A DNA stretch of 64,000 nucleotides from Bacteroidales bacterium (GTDB lineage: Bacteria; Bacteroidota; Bacteroidia; Bacteroidales; G963667975): positions 1,182,760-1,246,759 of the forward strand of contig OY764079.1 of NCBI GenBank assembly GCA_963667975.1. Direction: 5' to 3'. A program made the translations under genes and the position numbers. Numbering within the stretch: position 1 is the stretch's first letter; every line of letters begins with the position of its first letter. Below the pieces are notes generated by a model, which worked only from the letters and a program-made list of their open reading frames with translations, was not told the DNA's origin and did not search any database. Below, one piece after another: positions 48,096 through 57,656 of this stretch.

Positions 48096-49079
48096 ATGGA
48101 AAATCAAAAAATTGAGACAAAGCAATTTAGAGTAATACTCTTTAACTCAACTGTTGTTTACATATTCTCCTATCTGTTTGTATTCTTTATGTATCAGCTT
48201 GCGATGGCGTTGATGGCAAAGGAATTCAACATACGCACCATGCTTACATTTTATAAGCTAAGCTTTTTAACGCCGGATGATTCCGGAAGATGGTATGTCG
48301 ATTCGGCATTAACAATCTTCAGTTCTGCACCTTTGCTCTGTATAATTATGGCCTTTGTTTGCATAATGCTTTACCGCGCGGCTATCCAAACTACCAGTCT
48401 TTTCAAGCTCTTTTTCTTATGGACGGCAATACATTCGCTGAACCGGCTTTTTGCGTCATACGCGATAGGTTCGGTTTTCTTTCAGTATGACTCTAACCTG
48501 ATTGCCGACTGGTTGTATTATGGTCCCGAGATCAAAATATTCTTTTCGGCGATATGTGTTATTATCCTCTATATTATTGGAAATTACACAACAAGTGCTA
48601 TTCTCTCTTCTGCCGACAGTTTTTTATTAATCAACAAAAAGAACCGGAATAATTTTATCCGGTCGCAATTATTATATCCCTGGTTGACAGGTTCTCTGGC
48701 TGTTTTTTTATTTTTTATGCCTCATTTTCCGCTGCGCGAAAATGTGCTGAATATAAGTTTAGGAATTATGATATTGCCCATCCTGTTACGGCATCGGAAA
48801 ATTATGACTCCGGAACTAGACGATGATTTACCCGGGAACAGAATCTCGTGGAGGTATCTCGTGTTTTTACTTGTTTTTTTGATTGGATTCCGGCTTGCAT
48901 TCGGAAAAGGAATTCTTTTGGGAGATGAAACCGAAAAAGCTGCAGGCATACTGGGATTGATTATTTTTGTTGTTTTATTATGTACGTTTGTTCTTTATCA
49001 GATAATCAGAAGCAGAAAGCGCCGGCGCCGGGAGTTTGAAGAACTTGTAGCAGAATCAATGAGAGGCGTTGAAATGTGA
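48096..49079 (+). CDS. Polytopic membrane protein of unknown function
   Basis: About 8 hydrophobic helices and a basic C-terminal tail (RSRKRRRREFEE). The ATG at 48096 is preferred over the TTG at 48066. Confidence 0.65.
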   Translation: MENQKIETKQFRVILFNSTVVYIFSYLFVFFMYQLAMALMAKEFNIRTMLTFYKLSFLTPDDSGRWYVDSALTIFSSAPLLCIIMAFVCIMLYRAAIQTTSLFKLFFLWTAIHSLNRLFASYAIGSVFFQYDSNLIADWLYYGPEIKIFFSAICVIILYIIGNYTTSAILSSADSFLLINKKNRNNFIRSQLLYPWLTGSLAVFLFFMPHFPLRENVLNISLGIMILPILLRHRKIMTPELDDDLPGNRISWRYLVFLLVFLIGFRLAFGKGILLGDETEKAAGILGLIIFVVLLCTFVLYQIIRSRKRRRREFEELVAESMRGVEM

Positions 49080-49325
49080 AATGAATACAGAATTTCAATC
49101 CCCTCAATTAAGGCTGAAAAGATTGATGAGATTGAGAAGACTGAAGAGACTGACAAGTACCTCTTCAATCTTTCTCAATCCTGGAAGCGATGTAAAGAGT
49201 GGTTGGAAGGTAAGGGGATTTGTTTTTTTATTAAGTTGTATATAGTTTAAAAACTTTATTAGTTTTACTAACTGAAAAATAACGGATGTAAATGAATAAG
49301 AGAGATTTGGTTAAATATAAAGTGA

Positions 49326-50226
49326 TTTAAACTTTTAAATGAAGAACAAGCAGTTCAAATTGAAGTAATTTAGAGTTGAACGACAAAAAATTACCAAAAG
49401 ATGAACTGCAAGTATGCAAATTTAACTAAAGAGCAAATAGAAAACTGCATTTTACCCTTTATTCCAAAAAATAAGCGAGGGTTTAGCAGTAAGTTTGCAA
49501 TGACAGATATCTTCAAATGTATCATCTACAAATTGAAAACGGGATGTCAGTGGAAGTTTTTATTTATTGATATTGAATGTATTAATCCTCCATTTAGTTG
49601 GCAGTTAGTTTATTATTTCTATCGGAAATGGTGCAAACAAGGCGTTTTTGAAACCATGTTTTTAACTTTTTTGGAAATACAAAAGGATAAGCTGGATACC
49701 GAAAAATTGAATCTGGACGGAACACACAGCTTGGTAAAAAAGTCGGCAGAAAGTGTGGCCTATCAGCATCGAAAGAAAGCAAAGACATCCAATATGCTGA
49801 TCATCACCGATGGAAAAGGGATTCCCATTGCAACCGGAGGAATTATCAGTGGAAACCATAACGACTTGTTTCAGGTAGTTCCTCAGTTTTCAAAAATGAT
49901 AAAGCAGCTCAACTCCTGTGGAATTGAGTTGGAAAATAGTATTTTGAACGCCGACAAAGGCTTTGATTGTAAGAAACTTATCCAAGCTTGTCATCGAAGA
50001 AAACTTTTTCCAAACATCATAGAAAACACAAGAAACCGAAAGAAAAACAAACGGGGTAGAAAGCGATTCTTTATTCGAAGAATATACTTGCAAAGATTCG
50101 TCAATGAGCGTTGTTTTGCTTGGATCGATAGCTTTAGGACGCTATTAATTCGTTTTGATTCCCTCGATTCTTGTTGGCTAAATTGGCACTTTTTAGCATT
50201 TGCTCTTATCTTATTAAAAGTTTAAA
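49326..50226 (+). mobile_element. IS5-family insertion sequence (~0.9 kb)
   Basis: The terminal inverted repeats share TTTAAACTTTTAA (49326-49338; reverse complement at 50214-50226), with imperfect inward extension. A single DDE transposase ORF fills the element. Confidence 0.65.
49401..50225 (+). CDS. IS5-family DDE transposase
   Basis: N-terminal IIYKLKTGCQWKFL...WQLVYYFYRKWCKQGVF (IS4/IS5 HTH region). DDE candidates are LDGTH, NADKGFD and NERCFAWI. Confidence 0.8.
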   Translation: MNCKYANLTKEQIENCILPFIPKNKRGFSSKFAMTDIFKCIIYKLKTGCQWKFLFIDIECINPPFSWQLVYYFYRKWCKQGVFETMFLTFLEIQKDKLDTEKLNLDGTHSLVKKSAESVAYQHRKKAKTSNMLIITDGKGIPIATGGIISGNHNDLFQVVPQFSKMIKQLNSCGIELENSILNADKGFDCKKLIQACHRRKLFPNIIENTRNRKKNKRGRKRFFIRRIYLQRFVNERCFAWIDSFRTLLIRFDSLDSCWLNWHFLAFALILLKV

Positions 50227-50418
50227 CGAGTTCTATATTAAAAACAATAAATTTGTTGATGGAATTTGTATTTCAGCTAAATTGTAAATAAACGCAATTG
50301 CGGTTATACAACTGTTGGTGGTTATTGTAACGTGACACAGCACAGCAACTACAAGCTATAAATTATCATACCTTTGGACAGAAAATTTTAAAGTAATCGT
50401 GTTGGCAACATTCAAATT

Positions 50419-50930
50419 ATGAGTAATATAAAAATATCCATTCGTTTTTTTGACGATCGCGAAGTGCGAGCTATTTGGGACGAGCAAAACGCCAAGTGGT
50501 GGTTTAGTGTGTTGGATATTGTTTGCTTACCGACCAGGACGACTATTCCAAAACTCGCAACTATTGGAAATATCTTAAAGCCAAGCTAAAGAAAGAAAAC
50601 AGCCAAGTGGTTAGTGCCACTACCCAGTTGAAAATTCTTGCGCCTGATGGCAAAAAGCGCTTGGCAGACATGCTGGATTATACCGGCATTATTGCCTTAG
50701 GCAAAGAATTTCCGGGCAAAAAAGCAAACCGGTTTATTGATTGGTTTACATACAGCGATGAAAGTATAGACGGAAAAAGCAAAACAAAAGCGTATGCATT
50801 GTTTGAAAGTTCGTTTATCAACAACATAGAAGTTGGTACAACCAAAGGGTTGCAACAAATCTATTGCTATGCACTTAGTGCCAGTTTTAAATGTTTATTG
50901 CAAGATAAGCAGGGGGGTAAACGTTTTTAA
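50419..50930 (+). pseudogene. Frameshifted, C-terminally truncated remnant of a Bro-N/Fic-type gene
   Basis: The ATG at 50419 gives MSNIKISIRFFDDREVRAIWDEQNAKWWFSVLDIV. The frame then shifts near 50520 into the 50523..50930 ORF (LTDQDDYSKTRNYWKYLKAKL...). It ends before any HPFxxGNGR Fic motif. Confidence 0.5.
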
Positions 50931-51180
50931 ACGTGTTGCATTGCTGAAGGCAGGCGCAAAGGTTGACACCTGTAAGTTTTACGAATCGTTCAGCATTGTT
51001 TTCATCTGTTTTTTTCGTTTAATTATCATCTCAATACCTGTTTTTTCTTCCGGGATAGACTTTAATTCAAGGTTTCGTTTAGGAGTGTTATAAACACCCA
51101 ATTTTTCACCAAAAGTATTCCAGATATATTTTGAAAACTCCTTAAAACAGCTTAAATTTGAGCAAAATTTGAGCTAAACG

Positions 51181-51347
51181 GAGGTTTTTAGACAAACTAA
51201 CGTTATGCACAATCCTACCTATCACGAGAACTTGATTAAATTCTCAAGATAACGTCAAAATGAGAGCAAAAAAAAGAGTGCAAAATGAGAATTGAAGAGA
51301 AATACAAAACATTGATAATCAACACCAATTTTTGACGTTAGTCAGAA
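51181..51347 (+). repeat. 167-bp duplicate of 3017-3183 (end of one attC plus the whole ORF-less mini-cassette)
   Basis: Identical to the array copy apart from a few substitutions in the first 40 nt. It includes GTTATGC (51202-) and GATAACGTCAAAA ... TTTTTGACGTTAGTC (-51343). Confidence 0.85.
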
Positions 51348-51372
51348 GGCTAAAACAACAAATAAAATAATA

Positions 51373-52293
51373 TTGACAAATACATCACTAACATATGAAC
51401 TCAGGCTAATTGCCTTTATCGACATTCTTGGTTTCAAGGACATAGTAAAACAATCCGAGACAGACTCTTCTAAAATAGATTTGATTTATTCTGTTCTTGA
51501 GTATTTAAAGGATTGGGAAAAGACAGAAAAGTGGGACTTGAAATTTGTAGAAATTGAAGAAAGTGCACAGTATAAAGGCGTGAGTAATTTTGACCTACGC
51601 GGTAAAACAAATTCGACTTCATTTTCCGACAGCATTGTGGTTTCTGTTAAGATTGACAGGAATGTAAATGAGATGGCTTCAACTTTAATTGTTAATCTTG
51701 CATACATTGGAACGGTGCTGTTAGAGAAAGGTATTTTATTTCGTGGCGGTTTGACAATTGGTAATTTAATTCACATTGATAATGGTACAGTATTCGGGCA
51801 GGGATTAATTGATGCATTTATGCTCGAGACAAGAAGTGCGAAATATCCGAGAATTGTGCTTTCAGACAAATTGTTGAAAGAATTAAATTACCCACTAGAA
51901 ACAAAGAGAAACGGATACCCATATCATCAGTATTTAGACAGATTTGATGATGGTTGTGTAGGTTTTCATCAATTAATTTACTACCAAGTAATTGAAAGTT
52001 GGACAGGAATGACACCTGAGTTATTAACCGAATCTTTAAGTAAAGTTCGTAAAGTAATCATTAGTGGACTTGACTCAAGTTTTGAGAAGCCAGAAGTTTT
52101 TGAAAAATATAAGTGGCTTAAAGAACAGTATAATAAATTGATAATTCTGAGTGACTTCAATTTTGATACTACAAAGACAGAAGAAAATATAAAACAAAAG
52201 ATAAGGGAACTGAATGAAGGAATTGCGGGGAAAAACATTCACTATTCATATACGGACAACTTTTATGAAAATCGGAGCAAGACAGAAAAATAA
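51373..52293 (+). CDS. Nucleotide-cyclase-like (class III cyclase/GGDEF palm) protein, second-site cassette cargo
   Basis: TTG start, since no in-frame ATG lies near. The motif series AFIDILGFKDIV, TSFSDSIVVSV, FRGGLTIGNLIH and FGQGLIDAFMLE parallels the metal-binding Asp and substrate motifs of class III cyclase folds. Confidence 0.55.
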   Translation: MTNTSLTYELRLIAFIDILGFKDIVKQSETDSSKIDLIYSVLEYLKDWEKTEKWDLKFVEIEESAQYKGVSNFDLRGKTNSTSFSDSIVVSVKIDRNVNEMASTLIVNLAYIGTVLLEKGILFRGGLTIGNLIHIDNGTVFGQGLIDAFMLETRSAKYPRIVLSDKLLKELNYPLETKRNGYPYHQYLDRFDDGCVGFHQLIYYQVIESWTGMTPELLTESLSKVRKVIISGLDSSFEKPEVFEKYKWLKEQYNKLIILSDFNFDTTKTEENIKQKIRELNEGIAGKNIHYSYTDNFYENRSKTEK

Positions 52294-52310
52294 AAAAAGC
52301 CCCGTGTATA

Positions 52311-52364
52311 ATAACATAGAAATATGAGCGGTGCGCAGCACCCGGCAATTATTCCCGGTTGAAC
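52311..52364 (+). repeat. Short attC-like hairpin after the cyclase-like gene
   Basis: ATAAC (52311-52315), a central GGTGC-gca-GCACC stem, and GTTGAAC (52358-52364, fits GTTRRRY). Confidence 0.35.
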
Positions 52365-52411
52365 CATCAATCCCGTCAATCTTTTCAGTCTTTTCAATCT
52401 CCTCAATCCCT

Positions 52412-55400
52412 TTACGGTTTTACCACTTTTAGGGTTTCGGTAGTGCCGTCGTTGTAAATAATTTGCAACAGATAGATTCCCCTTGGGATATTGGGAGATA
52501 GTTTCAGATAGCTCTGCGATGCAATCCCTTGTTGTAAAACTTTTTTGCCGGAAATATCATACAACGTAATTCGTCCGGATTTCAACTGGCTGAAATAGAC
52601 ATGAATGCTGTTTGCATCTGCAAAAACAATACTTTCGGAACTTTTACTGCTTTCGGGAATCAGATGCAGGAAAAGCCGGTTTTGAGTTACCCCTTTGGTG
52701 GCCATAAACTGATAGTTTCCGGAGGAAAGATCGGTGTTGATATTTGTTTGAACGTCGGCTAACATTAACCGGATATTTTTACCGCTGATTACTGGGGGAT
52801 AGATCGTGATCAACCCGGTTTCGGAGGTGGAAAAATCAAGCGGGATTACCGATGCCTTTGTGGTTCGGTTTTGAATTACCAGTTTTTGAGCATCTTCGTC
52901 GCGACTATAGATTTCGAAATAGTTTTCGGCATTGGGCGAAAATTTCCGGGAATCGCCTTCATCGCTTCCATCGGTTGCCGCAGGGTTCAATGCGAGAAGG
53001 GTTTCATCCGTCTGACCTTTTGCATTTTCAGCCTTTATCCGGATTAAAGTTTCGATTGCCGGAGACGTTTTGTAAAAGCTCTGGTTTGCATGAACACAGC
53101 CCGAAGCAGGGAATTGCACTGTTGCCGGCGACAGGTTTGCCTCTGCAAAAAATCCCTGCAAAGGCGCAATTACCGATGTTGTTGAAACGGGAGTTCCAAT
53201 GTTGAGCAATGTGTTCCATGTTCTGAAATTTCCTCCATTATTCACGGCATATTCTTCTTCCCAGAAATAAAAGGTAGAATTCGTATTTGTCCGTTGTGCC
53301 TGATTTAAATCCAGATAAGAAGAAAATAGATTTCCAATCAGGTTATACCCGTTTGTGCTGAACGTGAGGTTTTGTGTTATGGGTGCAGCTTGTATATTCC
53401 CCGAAAGGGAAGCCGTAAACGACTGAGTTACCCATAAGGCATAACCTTTTCCTGCATTAAGCTGATTGGAGGTATCGCTCAGGTAAGCACCCCAGGCAGA
53501 ACCATTGACATACGTTCGCAGATATCCCAATCCTGCCGGAGGCATTAAATGGGTCAGGGATGTGCCGTAATTTGCAGCAAAAGGCGATGCAATTAAATGC
53601 CAGTTGTTGGCGGTGAAATAACGTTGCAAGGTCATCGGTACATTGCTTGTTGAATGAATAAGCGATGAGGCGTTGTTTAACACAATTCCCGAAACTCCCG
53701 CATTGTTTGTTAAAATTCCGTTTATTGTCAAGGCTTTTGCAGAATCGAGAATAAGCGATTTTCCGGCCGGTATTGTAAGATTATTCGCCTGTGCCGGAGT
53801 ATTGTAAGCAGAGGTGATGTGTGGGTTGTTTTCGGCTGCCGGAAGCAGGCTTACATCCGTGGATGTATTGGGAACGGAGTAACTGACCCAGTTTGCGGTA
53901 TCATTCCAGTTTGTGCTGCTCTTCCCTGACCAGATTCCGGAAGGACCTGTAAGTGTGATCTCATCTACGGCCCAATACCAGATATGGTAAGGATTTCCTT
54001 CAATCGTAAAGGCAAAATACGTATTGGGTGAATTCAGGTTTTGTGAAATATTTACCGAAACAGTTTGCGGACCGTAATTTCCATTATCCGATTGAACAGA
54101 CCAGCTTTCATTGTTCCAGTTTATCAAATCGGTACTGCTTTGAACGTTCATGGTTGCACCATTACCACCCCATCCTGCGTGATCTTCATAATACGTCTTG
54201 AAACGCAGGGTTGCAGCGGTAATTCCGGATGTATTGAGCGGAGCCGTTATTAAACGGCTTTTGGCTGCCAGTCCATCCACACCGATTCCATCTACATATT
54301 CCCAGTTACGGCCGGCTTCTCCGCCATTCCCTCCCGATATATTTGTATTCCAGAATTCCCAACCATCAAAGCAGGCAAGGTTTTGCTGACTCCAGCAGGG
54401 AGGAAATGAGCTTCCGTTAAAGCTTTCGGTGTATGGAAGTAGCACGGCTTTGCATTCGGTTTGAGCATCGCTGCTGCTGAACGTTGAATAATCAGGGGTT
54501 CCGTTCGTAATGCTCCATATCCGGTAATAATATTTTGATGCCTGTGAAAGCTGTGTATGCAGAAAGATTGTGTCGCTGCCAGTATAAAGAACAGTACCAC
54601 CTCCGGGTAATGTATTCCCGTTTTGGTAGCTTACGCCATTTTGCGGTTTTCCAAAATCGGGGGTGGACGACCATGCAAGTAAGGTTGTGAAAGAAGATTT
54701 CCGTTCCCAGACTAAGCAAACAGAATCCGAAGAGAGGGCCGATGCGGAAAACTTTTTGGGTGCATTCTCTGTTATTCCACTCACGATTAGTCCAAACTCC
54801 TGACTTCCATTTTGTAAAACACTTTTATGGCTGACTGTAATTGTATAGATTCCTGCAGTTGGGTTCTCAATGTCGATTTTTTCAACATTATCGCGAAAGT
54901 TATCGCCATTGGTAGCTGTATTGGCCGGATTGGCCGGGTCAAGTATCCAGGGAGTCCATGTGACCGGACTTTTTGAAATACGTAAATCCAAATCGTTCAC
55001 CAGCATCAATGTTTTGGGATTGAGGCTGTCAGCAACAGGAGTTCCGGCGGGGTCAGTCCATGCAATGGTCGCAATCAATGGCTGGATGCCGTCAGAATAT
55101 ACTTCCAGGCTGTATGTATGTCCGTTGTCGAGAGATAGTTCACGAATCATGGATAATGAATCGTTCCGGGAAATCAACGTTGCCGCTTTTGCCGAGTTCA
55201 TCAATCCCCAGCCAAATCGGTAGTCCGGACCGTTTGCAGTGCCGGCCTCATCAGCCGTATGTATCGTCAAAGCCTTCAACGTTGCCGATTTCATGTAATG
55301 ACCGTTCTGATTGTAGAAGTGCTGTTGAAGCAACGCCAGCGAACCGCATACCGAAGGCGAAGCCATCGAAGTTCCGGTCATGGTTGTGTAAGCATTATCT

Positions 55401-56503
55401 GCCGGAGAATAGGTAGAGTACAAGCTTGCTCCATTTGCACTGATGTCGGGTTTTATACGACCGTCATCAGCAGGGCCAAAAGAGCTTGACGAAATAAGGG
55501 TAACATCTCCCGGAACATTATATCCTGCAACAATATCATTCACATTGGCTACTGTCAGGATGTTTTTCGCTACAGAATATGTTGGCAGGCAATCATACCC
55601 CTGGGTTCCTCCATCTTTTGGCCGGGTAGCTGAACTTGAAACCCAGTTTTCACCATTCCATACAAGATGTGATGTTCCCGGATTTGGTCCTTCACCTTTT
55701 TCATTTCCGGCAGCTTTTACAATCAGATAATAAGGAGCATTGTATGAAATAATATCCCATATTCTTGAGGTCTGGTCATATAATCCGAATGTATAATCTT
55801 CTGTTGTGCTGATTGTTGTGTCGCCGTACCAATACCAGTTGGGACTACTGTAGTACCAACCGGCAATACTGATGTAAGAGTGATTTGAAAGCAGCAATCC
55901 GTTAGAAGCAGCGATCGACATTTCGGCAGCATCATAATTCCAGTCGTAAGATTTCAGGTTTGCCTGAAACGCCATTCCTTTGGCTGCGGTTGTAACACCC
56001 GATGCAATTAATGTTCCGGCAACATGTGTTGAATGTCCGTTAAGGGTTGAGGCATTATCACCAAGAGTCGCTCTTCCTCCAAATTCCTGGTGCGTGATCC
56101 GAACTTTTCCTCCATCCCATTCTCCGATCAGGAAGCCGTTTCCGGTTAGAGATAAACCTAATCCTCCACCCGCATATAGCTTATTTGTTGAAATGGTTTT
56201 CGCGGCATTTTCGTTCGCTGTGATATTGTAAACAGGCTTGCCTTTTTTGTCGAGTCGTTGTAATTCAAAGTAGCCTCCATCCGGGAGGTCGCCTTTAATT
56301 GGCCAGCCTTTTAATTGAGCTGTAAGCTCTGCTTTTCGTCTATTAGAATCGGCAATTATATGCCATGAATCTGCAAAATTTCGCAGTTGAGCAGTTTGGG
56401 TTTTCTTTTGAATTTCAAGTTTGCTTTGCTGACTCTGAGCATCAAGCAATAATGGGTTCATACATGCAACAAACAGAAATATAAAAACATAGATGTTTTT
56501 CAT
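52412..56503 (-). CDS. T9SS-secreted subtilisin-like (S8) serine peptidase
   Basis: Catalytic motifs GEWDGG (Asp), HSTHVAGT (His) and GTSMASPSVCG (Ser). The C-terminus ITLYDISGKKVLQQ...GIYLLQIIYNDGTTETLKVVKP resembles a T9SS sorting domain. Confidence 0.85.
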   Translation of the reverse strand: MKNIYVFIFLFVACMNPLLLDAQSQQSKLEIQKKTQTAQLRNFADSWHIIADSNRRKAELTAQLKGWPIKGDLPDGGYFELQRLDKKGKPVYNITANENAAKTISTNKLYAGGGLGLSLTGNGFLIGEWDGGKVRITHQEFGGRATLGDNASTLNGHSTHVAGTLIASGVTTAAKGMAFQANLKSYDWNYDAAEMSIAASNGLLLSNHSYISIAGWYYSSPNWYWYGDTTISTTEDYTFGLYDQTSRIWDIISYNAPYYLIVKAAGNEKGEGPNPGTSHLVWNGENWVSSSATRPKDGGTQGYDCLPTYSVAKNILTVANVNDIVAGYNVPGDVTLISSSSFGPADDGRIKPDISANGASLYSTYSPADNAYTTMTGTSMASPSVCGSLALLQQHFYNQNGHYMKSATLKALTIHTADEAGTANGPDYRFGWGLMNSAKAATLISRNDSLSMIRELSLDNGHTYSLEVYSDGIQPLIATIAWTDPAGTPVADSLNPKTLMLVNDLDLRISKSPVTWTPWILDPANPANTATNGDNFRDNVEKIDIENPTAGIYTITVSHKSVLQNGSQEFGLIVSGITENAPKKFSASALSSDSVCLVWERKSSFTTLLAWSSTPDFGKPQNGVSYQNGNTLPGGGTVLYTGSDTIFLHTQLSQASKYYYRIWSITNGTPDYSTFSSSDAQTECKAVLLPYTESFNGSSFPPCWSQQNLACFDGWEFWNTNISGGNGGEAGRNWEYVDGIGVDGLAAKSRLITAPLNTSGITAATLRFKTYYEDHAGWGGNGATMNVQSSTDLINWNNESWSVQSDNGNYGPQTVSVNISQNLNSPNTYFAFTIEGNPYHIWYWAVDEITLTGPSGIWSGKSSTNWNDTANWVSYSVPNTSTDVSLLPAAENNPHITSAYNTPAQANNLTIPAGKSLILDSAKALTINGILTNNAGVSGIVLNNASSLIHSTSNVPMTLQRYFTANNWHLIASPFAANYGTSLTHLMPPAGLGYLRTYVNGSAWGAYLSDTSNQLNAGKGYALWVTQSFTASLSGNIQAAPITQNLTFSTNGYNLIGNLFSSYLDLNQAQRTNTNSTFYFWEEEYAVNNGGNFRTWNTLLNIGTPVSTTSVIAPLQGFFAEANLSPATVQFPASGCVHANQSFYKTSPAIETLIRIKAENAKGQTDETLLALNPAATDGSDEGDSRKFSPNAENYFEIYSRDEDAQKLVIQNRTTKASVIPLDFSTSETGLITIYPPVISGKNIRLMLADVQTNINTDLSSGNYQFMATKGVTQNRLFLHLIPESSKSSESIVFADANSIHVYFSQLKSGRITLYDISGKKVLQQGIASQSYLKLSPNIPRGIYLLQIIYNDGTTETLKVVKP

Positions 56504-56885
56504 AGTTGTCAGTATTTAGTGAATACCCGTTTTATGTTACTGCCAAAATCATTTGTTCTGTCCTTAAAAGAATAATCATGGATCTGTACCTGTTTTCCAT
56601 AAGGCAACATAACGGTAATTATTCCTTAAAGAAGCGTATGTCCTGATCGTTTCTCTGTTAAGGAAGAATATGCGAATTTGTCTGAAATTTACGTCTCAGG
56701 TGTGTTTTTCGGAACCCAGGAATGTCTGTCTGAGCATTTTAAACAATCCCGTTTATTCCTGTTTCTCAAAGGTACAATATAAAAAAGTAATTCCCGACGT
56801 TTCTGACTAAAATCAGCGGACGTTCCTCAGAAATTTGTTACAGCCTGAGAATTATTGTATTTTTGATGGAGATAATACAAGATCT

Positions 56886-57647
56886 ATGAATATTTACTCC
56901 GAAATCTACCGGGCAATAGAAGAAAATAAACCTGCAGTTTTATGCATAGTTACGCATACCCAGGGTTCTTCACCACGTAAAGCTGGTGCAAAAATGCTAG
57001 TATTTCCTGATAAAAAAATCATAGGAACCATAGGAGGTGGAGCTGTTGAATTTCAGGTTATTGAAGAAGCAATCGGCTTTTTAAAAACCGGAACACCCAC
57101 TCAGAAGTTTTATGAACTTCAGGATGACTTACAAATGCACTGTGGCGGAAGCATGGAAGTATATTTCGAACCCATATTAAGCAGCCCGAAGCTTTATATT
57201 TTTGGGGCGGGTCATATTGGACGAGTCGTTGCCCGTTATGCGCTGGATTTCGGATTCAGAATTACACTCTTTGATTCCCGCCCGGAAATATTTGAGGAGT
57301 TTGATACTTCCCGCTTTCAATGTATCACCGATGATTATTTTACGGCTCTCGAAAAAGCGGAATTTGACGAAAATACGTTTATTGTAATCGTAACGCCCAA
57401 GCATCTTTATGATGAAGAGATCCTTTCCGTTTGTGCTCAAAAACCTAACTCATATCTGGGGATGATTGGAAGCAAACGAAAAGTAGCGGAAGCCCGTAAG
57501 CGTTTTCTTCGTGAAAAAATTCTTACCGAAGAGCAGTTAAATGCGGTAGATATGCCAATCGGAATTCCTATGAATGCTGAAACTCCCGAAGAAATTGCGA
57601 TCAGCATTCTTGCACGACTTATTGATGTTAAGAACTCCCGTAAATAG
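56886..57647 (+). CDS. xdhC: XdhC-family xanthine dehydrogenase accessory protein
   Basis: LCIVTHTQGSSPRKAGAKMLV and FGAGHIGRVVARYA motifs. The ATG at 56886 is preferred over the TTG at 56835. Confidence 0.8.
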   Translation: MNIYSEIYRAIEENKPAVLCIVTHTQGSSPRKAGAKMLVFPDKKIIGTIGGGAVEFQVIEEAIGFLKTGTPTQKFYELQDDLQMHCGGSMEVYFEPILSSPKLYIFGAGHIGRVVARYALDFGFRITLFDSRPEIFEEFDTSRFQCITDDYFTALEKAEFDENTFIVIVTPKHLYDEEILSVCAQKPNSYLGMIGSKRKVAEARKRFLREKILTEEQLNAVDMPIGIPMNAETPEEIAISILARLIDVKNSRK

Positions 57648-57656
57648 CTCCTGAAT

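Noticed and set aside
49094-52410. CRISPR array or tandem-repeat locus suggested by the short periodic repeats
   Set aside because: The repeat unit is only 9 nt with 4-nt variable parts, each block holds only 4-5 units, and no cas genes are present. It is not CRISPR.
52852-56231. About a dozen 60-120-aa ORFs on both strands within 52412..56503
   Set aside because: All are nested in or antisense to the 1363-aa S8 peptidase gene, which has clear catalytic motifs and a T9SS C-terminal domain.
56504-56885. Purine or xanthine riboswitch in the 380-nt leader of xdhC
   Set aside because: I did not find the conserved purine-riboswitch loops or junction (TATAAT...GGATATGG...TTTCTACC...CCGTAAA type) by eye. 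Only an Rfam scan could settle this.
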